In this document: positions 9,423 through 18,266 of the stretch, in pieces
Numbering within the stretch: position 1 is the stretch's first letter
Layout: each line of letters starts with the position of its first letter
From: a virus
Taxonomy: Duplodnaviria > Caudoviricetes
Strand: one strand, 5' to 3'
Length of the DNA: 64,000 nt
IMG/VR virus record: IMGVR_UViG_3300032030_002018
Position numbers and translations under genes: made by a program
The notes under the pieces: generated by a model
Databases searched by the model: none
What the model saw: only the letters and a program-made list of their open reading frames with translations
Told to the model about the DNA's origin: nothing

Positions 9423-10175
9423 TTATATCATTTTCTCTCTTAATACTCTCCTAATGCTTTCTCTGATTATCCTATTGAAGTTTTCTGTTACAGGTGCGTC
9501 ATCGTTATTATTCTTACTAAACCTTCCCTTTCTTAAAACATACCTTAAGTTGTCAACTCTGTTATTGTGGTAATCACCGTCAATGTGTTCAACATCGTAA
9601 TCTTCTATATTACCTTCCGGCTCGTCCAACCAAGCGTCTGCCACAATTGTGTGAATTGGCGGTGTGGTCTTTTGAGATAAACCAGAGTCATCAAATGTAT
9701 CAAGATGATATTGCATTGCCTTTCTTGTTGGAGCATCATAACCATAAGATATGAAACTCTTATTCGGGTTTTTAAAATCAATCCTACGTATTCTTCCCAT
9801 ATTAGATGCCGCGTGAGAGTTTGTATAGTCACTTGCGCCTCCAAAGAATCTACCAGTATTCTTTACAGGCCTCCACTCTTCTCCTGATATTTCATTTTCA
9901 GCATCAGCGAATTTCTTATTTAATTTACGAACTCTATCCAAATAAGCGTCTTCCGTTTCATTTTTCTTCCTTCCGACCGGCTTGTTTTTCTTATTTGCTT
10001 TCTTATAAAATTTTCTCGCATTTCTGTCGTATTTCCATTCTTTCGGGTCAAGATGCATTTTTTCTCTGGCATAACCCTCATCTCCATCCCAATAAAACCA
10101 ACTATCGCCAGCCGTTTCTTTTAAGACATTCTTGACAGCGTTGTTTACTATTGTCTTTATTATATTTCTATCCAT
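9423..10175 (-). CDS. NUMOD4-HNH endonuclease-like protein with tag-like termini
   Basis: EEWRPVKN...SNMGRIR (NUMOD4); IHTIVADAW...VEHIDGDYHNNRVDNL (HNH). Confidence 0.8.
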   Translation of the reverse strand: MDRNIIKTIVNNAVKNVLKETAGDSWFYWDGDEGYAREKMHLDPKEWKYDRNARKFYKKANKKNKPVGRKKNETEDAYLDRVRKLNKKFADAENEISGEEWRPVKNTGRFFGGASDYTNSHAASNMGRIRRIDFKNPNKSFISYGYDAPTRKAMQYHLDTFDDSGLSQKTTPPIHTIVADAWLDEPEGNIEDYDVEHIDGDYHNNRVDNLRYVLRKGRFSKNNNDDAPVTENFNRIIRESIRRVLREKMI

Positions 10176-10213
10176 TGTATTTTTATTTTTTTTTATAAAT
10201 ATCAGACCATTAC

Positions 10214-10250
10214 AAAAAAAACGCAGGAATTATTCAGTTCCTGCGTTTTT
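10214..10250. terminator. Intrinsic terminator
   Basis: AAAACGCAGGAAT...GTTCCTGCGTTTT at the end of the glycosyltransferase gene. Confidence 0.7.
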
Positions 10251-11456
10251 CTTTACAATGTTTCTGTAAAATTCAACCCTTTGTTTACAAACAGTGTCAA
10301 GAGAGTACTTGTCTTTCACAAAGTTGTACAAATTATCTTGAAGTTTTTTAACCATATCGGGATTTTCTGCAAGTTTCTTGATATATTTACCCCACTGTTT
10401 ATGATTCTTACTTGTTTCGACCAACAACGCTGTACCTTCATCATTGATTACTCCGCCTTTCTCAATCATTGACTTCAAGTTGATTGTATAAGCACCGAAC
10501 TCCTGCGCAATCAAAGCAGTATGTGTGAAACCGGCTTCAATTTCCTTAAGTTCACTCTTCATCTTGTTGAAATCCGTTTCCTTAAGCGGCGCAAGTAATA
10601 CGTCAACATTCTCATAATGAGTAGCATATTGCGATATATCCCTTGTCCACATTCTCCTATACGGTTCATTTACAAATGGGTCGTCAACACCTTTTGCATA
10701 CTTCATAAGAAAATCCTTATGTTCTGGACTAATAATTCTATAATTATCAGTTATAATCCTCTCGTAATCACACCATACACTCTCCTCAGGGTATATAGGT
10801 CTTCTTGTAACCTCACCTGTATCCTTATTGTATATTGTTCTCGTTCCATTAGTATCAAAACCACACAACACAAGTTGCACCTTGTCAAGTGGTATTTGAA
10901 ATGTCAGACCCTTCAAAGGTTCTATATCCTTTAGGTGCGAAGAACCGCATATCAATCCAACCCTAAGTCTGTCAGATTTTGTTTTTGGATGTGTATATTG
11001 CTCTTCCTCAGGATTTATCGCATTAGGAAATACAAATACATTCTTATTGTACTTTTTCAGCTCATTTGCGTAAATCTTTGTAGTTGTTGTAACATAATCA
11101 GCAGCCTTAAGGTGGTTTATTATTGGGATGTGCCATTTTTCCTGTTTTGCACTTAACGACATAGGATGATGGTCTCCAAGGAAGAAATAATCGTCAACAT
11201 CCACAACAACAGGTATTCCAAGGAACTTAATCGTGTTCATTAAATTCATTTGCCCATCCAATTGTTTGTGTATGTGTATGATATCATATTTTGAGAAGAA
11301 ATCAGAAGGATTATCCTTTGGGATTTCATACACAATGTCAACTTGGAACTCATCACCATAATGCTCCTGTATATAAACGTGCGGGTCAACAGACCTGAAT
11401 TTTCCACAACCGTGCTTGTCCGACGGTATGACAAGAATCTTTATTTTATCACTCAT
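10230..11456 (-). CDS. Glycosyltransferase (GT-B/GT4-like)
   Basis: GCGKFRSVDP, VVVDVDD, VFPNAI and DVLLAPL...KSELKEIEAG; start taken at MSDKIK. Confidence 0.8.
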   Translation of the reverse strand: MSDKIKILVIPSDKHGCGKFRSVDPHVYIQEHYGDEFQVDIVYEIPKDNPSDFFSKYDIIHIHKQLDGQMNLMNTIKFLGIPVVVDVDDYFFLGDHHPMSLSAKQEKWHIPIINHLKAADYVTTTTKIYANELKKYNKNVFVFPNAINPEEEQYTHPKTKSDRLRVGLICGSSHLKDIEPLKGLTFQIPLDKVQLVLCGFDTNGTRTIYNKDTGEVTRRPIYPEESVWCDYERIITDNYRIISPEHKDFLMKYAKGVDDPFVNEPYRRMWTRDISQYATHYENVDVLLAPLKETDFNKMKSELKEIEAGFTHTALIAQEFGAYTINLKSMIEKGGVINDEGTALLVETSKNHKQWGKYIKKLAENPDMVKKLQDNLYNFVKDKYSLDTVCKQRVEFYRNIVKKNAGTE

Positions 11457-11512
11457 AAAATACCTTTTCTTAAAAAATATGAAAAAAATATAAAAAAACA
11501 ACCATAATTCGT

Positions 11513-11543
11513 TTTGTTTTTTAAAAATTTTAACGTACATTTA
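11513..11543 (+). promoter_or_regulatory. Bacteroidota-type promoter for the polB N-terminal half
   Basis: TTTG(11513-16)-N19-TACATTTA(11536-43). Confidence 0.55.
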
Positions 11544-11569
11544 CAAAAAATAGTTAAAATATATATCAT

Positions 11570-14002
11570 ATGGTCGAGAAAATAACGCAACAAACTGTAA
11601 ATGACTTCCTTTTCGGACGAGACCCTATGGAACGGATAATAACAATCGAATGTGATTACACTGACGACGAGGTAAGCATAATCTATGTTGACGACAAAGG
11701 CGTAAAAAGGGTTAAAAGAGAACCTTTCAAACCATTTGCCTGGGTGAAGCATAGTGCCGCTATACGTATGTATCAAGGTAACAAGGGGACAATAAAGAGG
11801 AAGTTAATGGAGTACGGCATATGGGTGAAGTCTTTACAATCAAAGAAAACTGGAATTGATAGACTTGACAACGGATATGTGTATATGTTCTACGCGACAA
11901 GAAAGATGTCATTCACACAGTTCCTTTCATTCTTCACAGACGCTGGTACTCCAATATACGAAAGAAAGAAAAAGGGAAACGAACAAAATCAGGGTAGTAA
12001 AGAGTTTATGGTTGTCTCACCCGTTGAACAATATATGATTTCAACAGGTAAAAGATTGTTTAAAGGCTATGAAAACTATAACGAACTTAAAAGAATGTCA
12101 TTCGACATTGAAACACAAGGTCTTAACCCTTTAATTCATAGAATTGAACAAATTGGTATACGGACAAATAAAGGATTTGAAACCATAATAAGTGTAGAGG
12201 GTGAAACAGAAGAAGAAAAAAACCAAAATGAATTAAATGCCATAGAACAAACAGTACAAATAATAGCAGAAGAAAAACCTGATACAATATACGGTCATAA
12301 TTCAGAGAATTTCGACTGGGATTTCTTCATTGTTAGATGTGTTGTACTTGGAAGCAGTTTTGAGAAAATAACATCAAAATACCTTAAATTTCCGATATAT
12401 AAAAGGAAAAAGGAAACAATATTGAAACTTGGCGGTGAAATGGAATATTTCAAGCCAACAATAGCCTGGGGTTTTATAATATTGGATTCATTGCACGCTG
12501 TTAGAAGGGCGCAGGCACTCGATTCAAATATGAAATCCGCCAATCTTAAATATGTCACAAATTATCTTGACTTGAAAAAAGAAAACCGCGTATATGTACC
12601 AGGAAATATAATCAGCCAAGTGTGGAATGTAAAAGAAGAAAAATATGCTTTTAACGACAATAACGGAGATTGGTATGAAATCACAGACAAACATAAATTA
12701 CTTGACGGATATGAAAGAAAATCAGGTAAATATATAGTTGAAAGGTATCTATTGGATGATATATGGGAAGCGGAACAAGTCGAATTAAGATTAAATGAAT
12801 CAAACTTCCTTGTCGGTAAAATGCTCCCTACAACATTCCAACGTGCTTGCACAATGGGTACGGCTGGCATTTGGAAACTTATTATGCTTGCTTGGTGTTA
12901 TGAACAAGGAATATCAGTACCTTCAACAGGAGACAATAAACGATTCACTGGAGGTCTTTCAAGACTGCTTAAAACAGGATGGGTGGACAGGATTGTCAAA
13001 CTTGACTACAATTCATTGTACCCTTCAATCACTCTAACTTGGAACATATCAACAGAACTTGACCAAACGCATATTATGCTCCACCTTCTTGAATATGTGC
13101 TTACACAACGAGAGAAATACAAGGAACTCAAAGCAGAGGCCGGCAATGAAGTTGACAGATGGAAAAATATGCTTCAAGACGCGAGAACGGAAGAAGAGAA
13201 GAAACATATCAAGTCAGAGATACATAGATGGAAAGCTGAGAAAATGGCAAACGACAAGAAACAATTGCCTCTTAAAATTCTTGCAAACTCATTCTTCGGG
13301 TCATTCGGTGCAGCATACATATTCCCATTCGGAGACTCAAACTGTGCGGAGAAAATTACCTGTATAGGAAGAATGTGCCTGAGACTTATGATTTCACATT
13401 TCACAAAACTTGGATATATGCCAATAGTAGGAGATTCGTTCACAGCAGACACACCTTTATTTATAAAATATAACGATACTGGTTTGATTGACATAAAACC
13501 AATATGTGAATTGATAAATGAAAATAATATAAAAATAGATGGATTGAATAGGGAATACGATTACTCAAAAAAATCATTTAAGGTACTTTGTAGAAGTGGA
13601 TGGGTAGAACCTGAATACATATACCGTCATAAGACAGAAAAGCCTTTATATGAGGTTTCAGAAGGCGATATGAGTGTTACTGTAACAGAAGACCACAGTT
13701 TATTTAATAATAAACAAGAAAAAATTAAACCAAGTGAAATAAACGATGATACGAAACTTGAATATTACGATGGAAAAATTGAACATTCATATCTTAACAC
13801 CAACATTAAGAGAGTAATTCAAATTGGAAAAATGCTTAAAAATGGTACAATTGACAGAATTCCTGTTGAAATATTGAATCTAAATGAAAAACAAGGAATA
13901 CAAGCATTCTTGGATGTTGTAAAAGACTTGGACACTGAAAATATGTCTAAAACATTACAAGCAGGAATACAATTTATCAAAAATAAAATGGTATCGAGAT
14001 AG
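11570..14002 (+). CDS. polB: Family B DNA polymerase N-terminal part (622 aa) fused to the N-half of a split intein (188 aa)
   Basis: Exonuclease motifs FDIET, HNSENFD and YLLDD; motif A DYNSLYPS; motif B KILANSFFG; motif C broken after VGD. Confidence 0.93.
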   Translation: MVEKITQQTVNDFLFGRDPMERIITIECDYTDDEVSIIYVDDKGVKRVKREPFKPFAWVKHSAAIRMYQGNKGTIKRKLMEYGIWVKSLQSKKTGIDRLDNGYVYMFYATRKMSFTQFLSFFTDAGTPIYERKKKGNEQNQGSKEFMVVSPVEQYMISTGKRLFKGYENYNELKRMSFDIETQGLNPLIHRIEQIGIRTNKGFETIISVEGETEEEKNQNELNAIEQTVQIIAEEKPDTIYGHNSENFDWDFFIVRCVVLGSSFEKITSKYLKFPIYKRKKETILKLGGEMEYFKPTIAWGFIILDSLHAVRRAQALDSNMKSANLKYVTNYLDLKKENRVYVPGNIISQVWNVKEEKYAFNDNNGDWYEITDKHKLLDGYERKSGKYIVERYLLDDIWEAEQVELRLNESNFLVGKMLPTTFQRACTMGTAGIWKLIMLAWCYEQGISVPSTGDNKRFTGGLSRLLKTGWVDRIVKLDYNSLYPSITLTWNISTELDQTHIMLHLLEYVLTQREKYKELKAEAGNEVDRWKNMLQDARTEEEKKHIKSEIHRWKAEKMANDKKQLPLKILANSFFGSFGAAYIFPFGDSNCAEKITCIGRMCLRLMISHFTKLGYMPIVGDSFTADTPLFIKYNDTGLIDIKPICELINENNIKIDGLNREYDYSKKSFKVLCRSGWVEPEYIYRHKTEKPLYEVSEGDMSVTVTEDHSLFNNKQEKIKPSEINDDTKLEYYDGKIEHSYLNTNIKRVIQIGKMLKNGTIDRIPVEILNLNEKQGIQAFLDVVKDLDTENMSKTLQAGIQFIKNKMVSR
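13436..13999 (+). mobile_element. Split intein, N-terminal half
   Basis: Block A SFTADTPLFI starting with Ser; block B TVTEDHSLF (TxxH); no block F/G before the stop. Confidence 0.88.
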
Positions 14003-14023
14003 ACGAATTTGTAAATCATATGA

Positions 14024-14098
14024 TATTATTACAGCAATCTTGGGATAGATTATCCGTATGAAGTTTTTGAAGATAAAGAAAAAATTTTGGATAATTGA
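14024..14098 (+). pseudogene. Remnant C-terminus of a free-standing endonuclease gene (probably Vsr/DUF559-like homing endonuclease)
   Basis: Start-less frame YYYSNLGIDYPYEVFEDKEKILDN*, resembling from memory the C-termini of such phage endonucleases; lies between the intein halves. Confidence 0.5.
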
Positions 14099-14116
14099 AA
14101 TATTTTTATATCTTTA
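14086..14116 (+). promoter_or_regulatory. Bacteroidota-type promoter for the polB C-terminal half
   Basis: TTTG(14086-89)-N19-TATCTTTA(14109-16). Confidence 0.55.
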
Positions 14117-14157
14117 ATAGTATTAAAACAAATGTTTAATTAAAAAAATATAAAATT

Positions 14158-14277
14158 ATGTTAAATATCAAAAAAATGGAGGATAGCCAAAACATCGGTG
14201 TTGTGTACGACATTTCTCTTGATGGCACGGTAGTGAATGCCCTTGGGATGAATGTTATTAGCAACACCGATGGCTGA
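14158..14277 (+). CDS. polB: Split intein C-half (36 aa) plus the first C-extein residues TDG; not in the ORF track
   Basis: MLNIKKMEDSQNIGVVYDISLDGTVVNALGMNVISN|TDG*: block F VYDI, terminal SN, +1 Thr; restores GDTDG. Confidence 0.88.
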   Translation: MLNIKKMEDSQNIGVVYDISLDGTVVNALGMNVISNTDG

Positions 14278-14279
14278 AT

Positions 14280-14493
14280 GGTTTCAACTTTCAAATGCCG
14301 AAAAGCGAAGATTTTAGATACACAGAAGAACATCCATACATAAGTGATGGTGGAGGAAGAAATAGCATTAAAGGAAAGAAATATACTGGAATAGAAGCTG
14401 ACGTTGCTGAATTTGAAGATATATTCTTCAATCACCCATTTAACGGTGGAGTTAACAAATTTGGTTTAGGAATAGATGAATTTTGTGATGCCT
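14280..14493 (+). CDS. polB: PolB palm segment (exon between the frame discontinuity and the group I intron)
   Basis: GFNFQMPKSEDF...GLGIDEFCDA continues motif C in a shifted frame. Confidence 0.8.
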
Positions 14494-14750
14494 TAACAGA
14501 ATATGGGCACGTTAAATCCCTTTTAATTGACTTGGAACTCCAATTTGGACAACAGGGCGCAAGCAAGAATTTATATATGTTCTGTGCAGCGTGAACGACT
14601 AAATAAAGGGACGATTAATCAAAAACGATTAATTGATGCGATAGTCTGAACTCTATGGTAACATAGAGAGGGAAACCCGAAGAGATTTCCCCGTTCAATC
14701 AAAATGATTGAATCACGCTATATAAACCACGATAGCGGCGTAACAGATTG
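14494..14750 (+). ncRNA. Group I self-splicing intron (257 nt, no ORF)
   Basis: P1: exon UGCCU with IGS GGGCA (U-G at the splice site); P10 GAAUAU/GUAUUC; P3 UCCCUUU/AAAGGGA; P7 GACUA/UAGUC; P8; P9 with GUAA tetraloop; terminal G. Splicing gives in-frame DA-C-IQFSRKNYA. Confidence 0.92.
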
Positions 14751-15979
14751 GTATTCAGTTCTCACGCAAAAATTATGCCGACTTAATGCCTGACGGAAAA
14801 ACAAAGAAAGTCGGTAATACTATAAAATCAAGGAAAATGTCTGGATATTTGGAGAAATTCATTGACAGTGGTGTTGACTTGTTGTTAAGAGGAAACGGTC
14901 ATCAATTCTTGGAGAATTATTATTCTTACATTGATGATATATACAATTATCGTATTCCGATAAAGGATATAGCCTCAAAGGGTAATATAAAGAAAACGAT
15001 TGATGAATACAAAAATGACTGTAAGCAAGTAACAAAGGCTGGCAGCAAAAAGCCAAGACAAGCCTGGTACGAATTGGTAATTCAGAATAATATCAATGTA
15101 AATGTAAGTGATACAATATATTACATAAACACAGGTACAAAAAAGAATCATTCAGATGTAAAACGTATTACTCATCAATTTACTCAATATTATGGTGAAG
15201 AACAAGAATTGACAACAAAATTAAAAACATCAATATTAAAGGAATTATGCGAGAAAAACAACCTTATTTATAAGGATGTCAAACAGAAGGAAAGAAATGA
15301 GATGATAAAACCATATATTTCAAGGGAAGAAGACGAAATTGTATTGAATTGCAAAATGGTTCCGAATGAGATAATAAACAGTGACGATGTTGTTCTTTGC
15401 AGTGACGTTGAGGATATGGAATACAATGTTGAGAAATACATTGAGCAATTCAACAAGAGAATAAAAGGCTTGCTTGTTTGTTTCTCACCAGACATAAGGG
15501 ATTCAATATTAGTTAAAAAACCTTCTGAAAGAAAATACTTTACTGATGAAGAATCACAGCTAGTCTGTGGATATCCAAACAAAGAAACTGACCAAGACAC
15601 CTATGAGGCATTGATGACACCTGAAAAGAAGGAAATAAGTTTCTGGCTGTCAATAGGGGAAGTTCCACCATTTGTAAAGGAATGTGATATCGATTGGGAT
15701 AAATTAGTAGAAGAGTATAAAGAGAATAAAAAGAAAGAGGAAACTGAACTATTCCAACACGAAAATGAACAATATCTGAAAGCCTTGGATGAACTGACAG
15801 ATGAAGATATTGATGAATTTGAAAATGAAGGAACAATACCTAAATCATTGACAGATATTGTATATATGGATTCAGATATGCATTTCTATTTCAAAAACAT
15901 ATCAGAAAAAACAACACCTTCAACAGGAGGATATATATTTGATGACATCAAGAAAATTGAATACGATGTTTCTTATTAA
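14751..15979 (+). CDS. polB: PolB C-terminal exon (end of palm and thumb)
   Basis: The frame of the 14786 ORF extends upstream to IQFSRKNYADL (conserved KxY motif), then KVGNTIKSR. Confidence 0.88.
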
Positions 15980-16018
15980 AAAAAAATGAGCAGTCATTGG
16001 TTTGGCTGCTCATTTTTT
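15978..16018. terminator. Bidirectional terminator, ATGAGCARTC family copy 2
   Basis: ATGAGCAGTC-N8-GGCTGCTCAT. Confidence 0.85.
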
Positions 16019-16028
16019 ATATTTGCAA

Positions 16029-18194
16029 TTAAACGCCTTGATTTGATAATAATCTGAAATTCAAATCATTAAGTGCTTCTGCTACTACCCTGTTAGCATT
16101 ATCTAATGCTGTTTCAAGTTCTGTTATTCTTGTTTCCAATGCTGCAATTCTTGTTTCAAAGGATTGAGCAGTTGAATCCAACAAGACATCTGCGTCATTC
16201 AACGATGTGGCTGCGCTGATATATGGAGAGCCAGTGTTTGCTGAATAATCGGTTTCAACTGTGACACCTGTTAGAACACCGTTAGATTCGCCCACAGTTA
16301 CAGTAACAGTTCCGTCGGTAGATACACCTGATGCTGTTGAATTAAGTGTACTTACCTTATAATCAATTGCATTCTGTATGTTTGAAATCTTTGTTCCACC
16401 AGAACTTACAGTGAGAACATCACCTGACACACCGTTCCCCGTAACGACCTTTTCAGAGTTTGTGTCAATTTTAACATAAACCTTATGGTCATCTACATAT
16501 AATCCATCCTTAAATTCGTTTTCGTCAAGTAATGTTTCAATATCCACGTTAACCAAATCATAAGTTCCATCGTATAACAAGTAAATAAAGCACAATGCTG
16601 TGTCACCAGTACCAGGAATAACAGTTGGCGTGCCTCCTGAAAGTTCATCATCTGTATGCCCTAAGTATGCTTGATACAAAGAACTGTCCTTCTTTATCTG
16701 TATTGCATCTCCAATTTGTGTTTTGGATGTATCTCCACTGTATATCAATCTATATTCCTCACTTACGTTCGCGTCAAGGTTGTCAGTTATCTTGGCGATT
16801 TGTAGACCAGATGAAAGAACGCCGTTATTGTCTTTTACGATAGTTGTCCCATCTATATTTGCTTCAACATTAGTTCCGCTAGTACCTGTTGTAACAACAA
16901 CAGTTTTGCCTGATGATGACAATGTGCTTGCCTTTGACGCTATTTCTGACAAAGCAGATTGTACAGTCGTGCCGGTAAATCCTGATGGAGTCACAATAAC
17001 ATCTGACGCATTGACATTTCCAAGAGTTGCATTAACTTTACCATCAGTTTCTGATACAGAAACAACTACTTTACCGTTTCCTGATACGGTTGCCAAATCC
17101 ATATCAAGTATGCGCGAATTAAGGTCATTTAAAGCACTTGAAACAACAAGTTCGTTATCCAATATAGTCTCGCTTACTATGCTGATTGCATCGCAAACTC
17201 CACTAGCACCACTCAATAACTCATCAGTGAAAGGACGGAAACTACCATCTCCAAGAACAAGACCAACACCTGATATTATTCTGGCAACCATCATCTCGGT
17301 ATTGTATAAGTTGTCTTGCAGACCATTTACCCTCAAGATAATATTATTATCATTAGTTTCCCTTATTCTAGTTTCTTGTGACAAATCACTTGATAGTGAA
17401 GATACTTCACCTGAAATAGTGTCAACATTACCTGATACAACATCAACCCTCTCATTCAAATCATTCAATGCAGACGATACATCTTCTTCATTTTGGATTA
17501 TAACGTCACTGATAGTTTCAATTGCCCCTATCACACTGTTACTACCACTTACAATAGTACCGCCATCAAAACCATTGAATGTTCCGTCACTTTCAAGACC
17601 AACAGACTCTATTATATTGTCAACAACTCCACTCAAAGCATTGTCACCATCAATTCTGTCCTGTATCTCAGTGTCAATCTTACCGCTAAGTACATCGTCA
17701 GCATCAATCCTGTATTGTATCTCAGCGTCAATCTTATCATTTAATGAATTATCAGATTCAATCCTTGCGGTTTCCTCATCCTCCAATGCATCAGACAAAG
17801 TATTAACAGCACATTCCATTGTTGTACAACCACTTATATACTTGTTGTCAACATAAGGAGCATATCCTATATTAGATTTCCCATCCTCGCCACCGGTAGT
17901 TGAGCCTGAAAGACCAACAGATGCGATTATGTCGCTGAATGACTTTTCGATATTGTCAACATCAAGTTCTCCTACATCAACAAGAGAAAGGTCAAGATTT
18001 CCGTTCTTATTGATTACGCAGCCGATTATAGCCTCAATTGAACCTGTTTTGGATGTGTATCTAAACAGCACAATCTCACCGTCTGACATACCAGATAATT
18101 GTGTGGCTTTAAATGCCTCTACATTAGCCAAAGCAGTGTCACGGTTAGCATAAATTGTGCTACTTCTGAAAAATTGTAATTTTCTTCTTTCCAT
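16029..18194 (-). CDS. Putative virion fibre protein (paralogous family)
   Basis: N-terminal LQFFR; EIQxRIxAD coiled-coil repeats; modules shared with the 37476, 40427 and 43216 genes. Confidence 0.7.
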   Translation of the reverse strand: MERRKLQFFRSSTIYANRDTALANVEAFKATQLSGMSDGEIVLFRYTSKTGSIEAIIGCVINKNGNLDLSLVDVGELDVDNIEKSFSDIIASVGLSGSTTGGEDGKSNIGYAPYVDNKYISGCTTMECAVNTLSDALEDEETARIESDNSLNDKIDAEIQYRIDADDVLSGKIDTEIQDRIDGDNALSGVVDNIIESVGLESDGTFNGFDGGTIVSGSNSVIGAIETISDVIIQNEEDVSSALNDLNERVDVVSGNVDTISGEVSSLSSDLSQETRIRETNDNNIILRVNGLQDNLYNTEMMVARIISGVGLVLGDGSFRPFTDELLSGASGVCDAISIVSETILDNELVVSSALNDLNSRILDMDLATVSGNGKVVVSVSETDGKVNATLGNVNASDVIVTPSGFTGTTVQSALSEIASKASTLSSSGKTVVVTTGTSGTNVEANIDGTTIVKDNNGVLSSGLQIAKITDNLDANVSEEYRLIYSGDTSKTQIGDAIQIKKDSSLYQAYLGHTDDELSGGTPTVIPGTGDTALCFIYLLYDGTYDLVNVDIETLLDENEFKDGLYVDDHKVYVKIDTNSEKVVTGNGVSGDVLTVSSGGTKISNIQNAIDYKVSTLNSTASGVSTDGTVTVTVGESNGVLTGVTVETDYSANTGSPYISAATSLNDADVLLDSTAQSFETRIAALETRITELETALDNANRVVAEALNDLNFRLLSNQGV

Positions 18195-18224
18195 TGTATA
18201 AGTTCTTTTTTTTAATTAAATATC

Positions 18225-18252
18225 GGTTGGTCAGAAATAAACCTGACCAACC
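18225..18252 (-). terminator. Hairpin between fibre genes (terminator or processing site)
   Basis: GGTTGGTCAG...CTGACCAACC. Confidence 0.5.
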
Positions 18253-18266
18253 AACACATTTGTTAT

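Noticed and set aside
14275-14343. TGA read-through, or reinitiation at ATG 14278
   Set aside because: That frame gives only MVSTFKCRKAKILDTQKNIHT*; the polymerase continues in another frame.
14269-14750. Alternative 5' splice site GATGGCT (14269-75), resembling GATGCCT, would join in frame to the 3' exon and remove the stop
   Set aside because: It creates a G-G mismatch in P1 and would delete about 70 aa of the polymerase palm.
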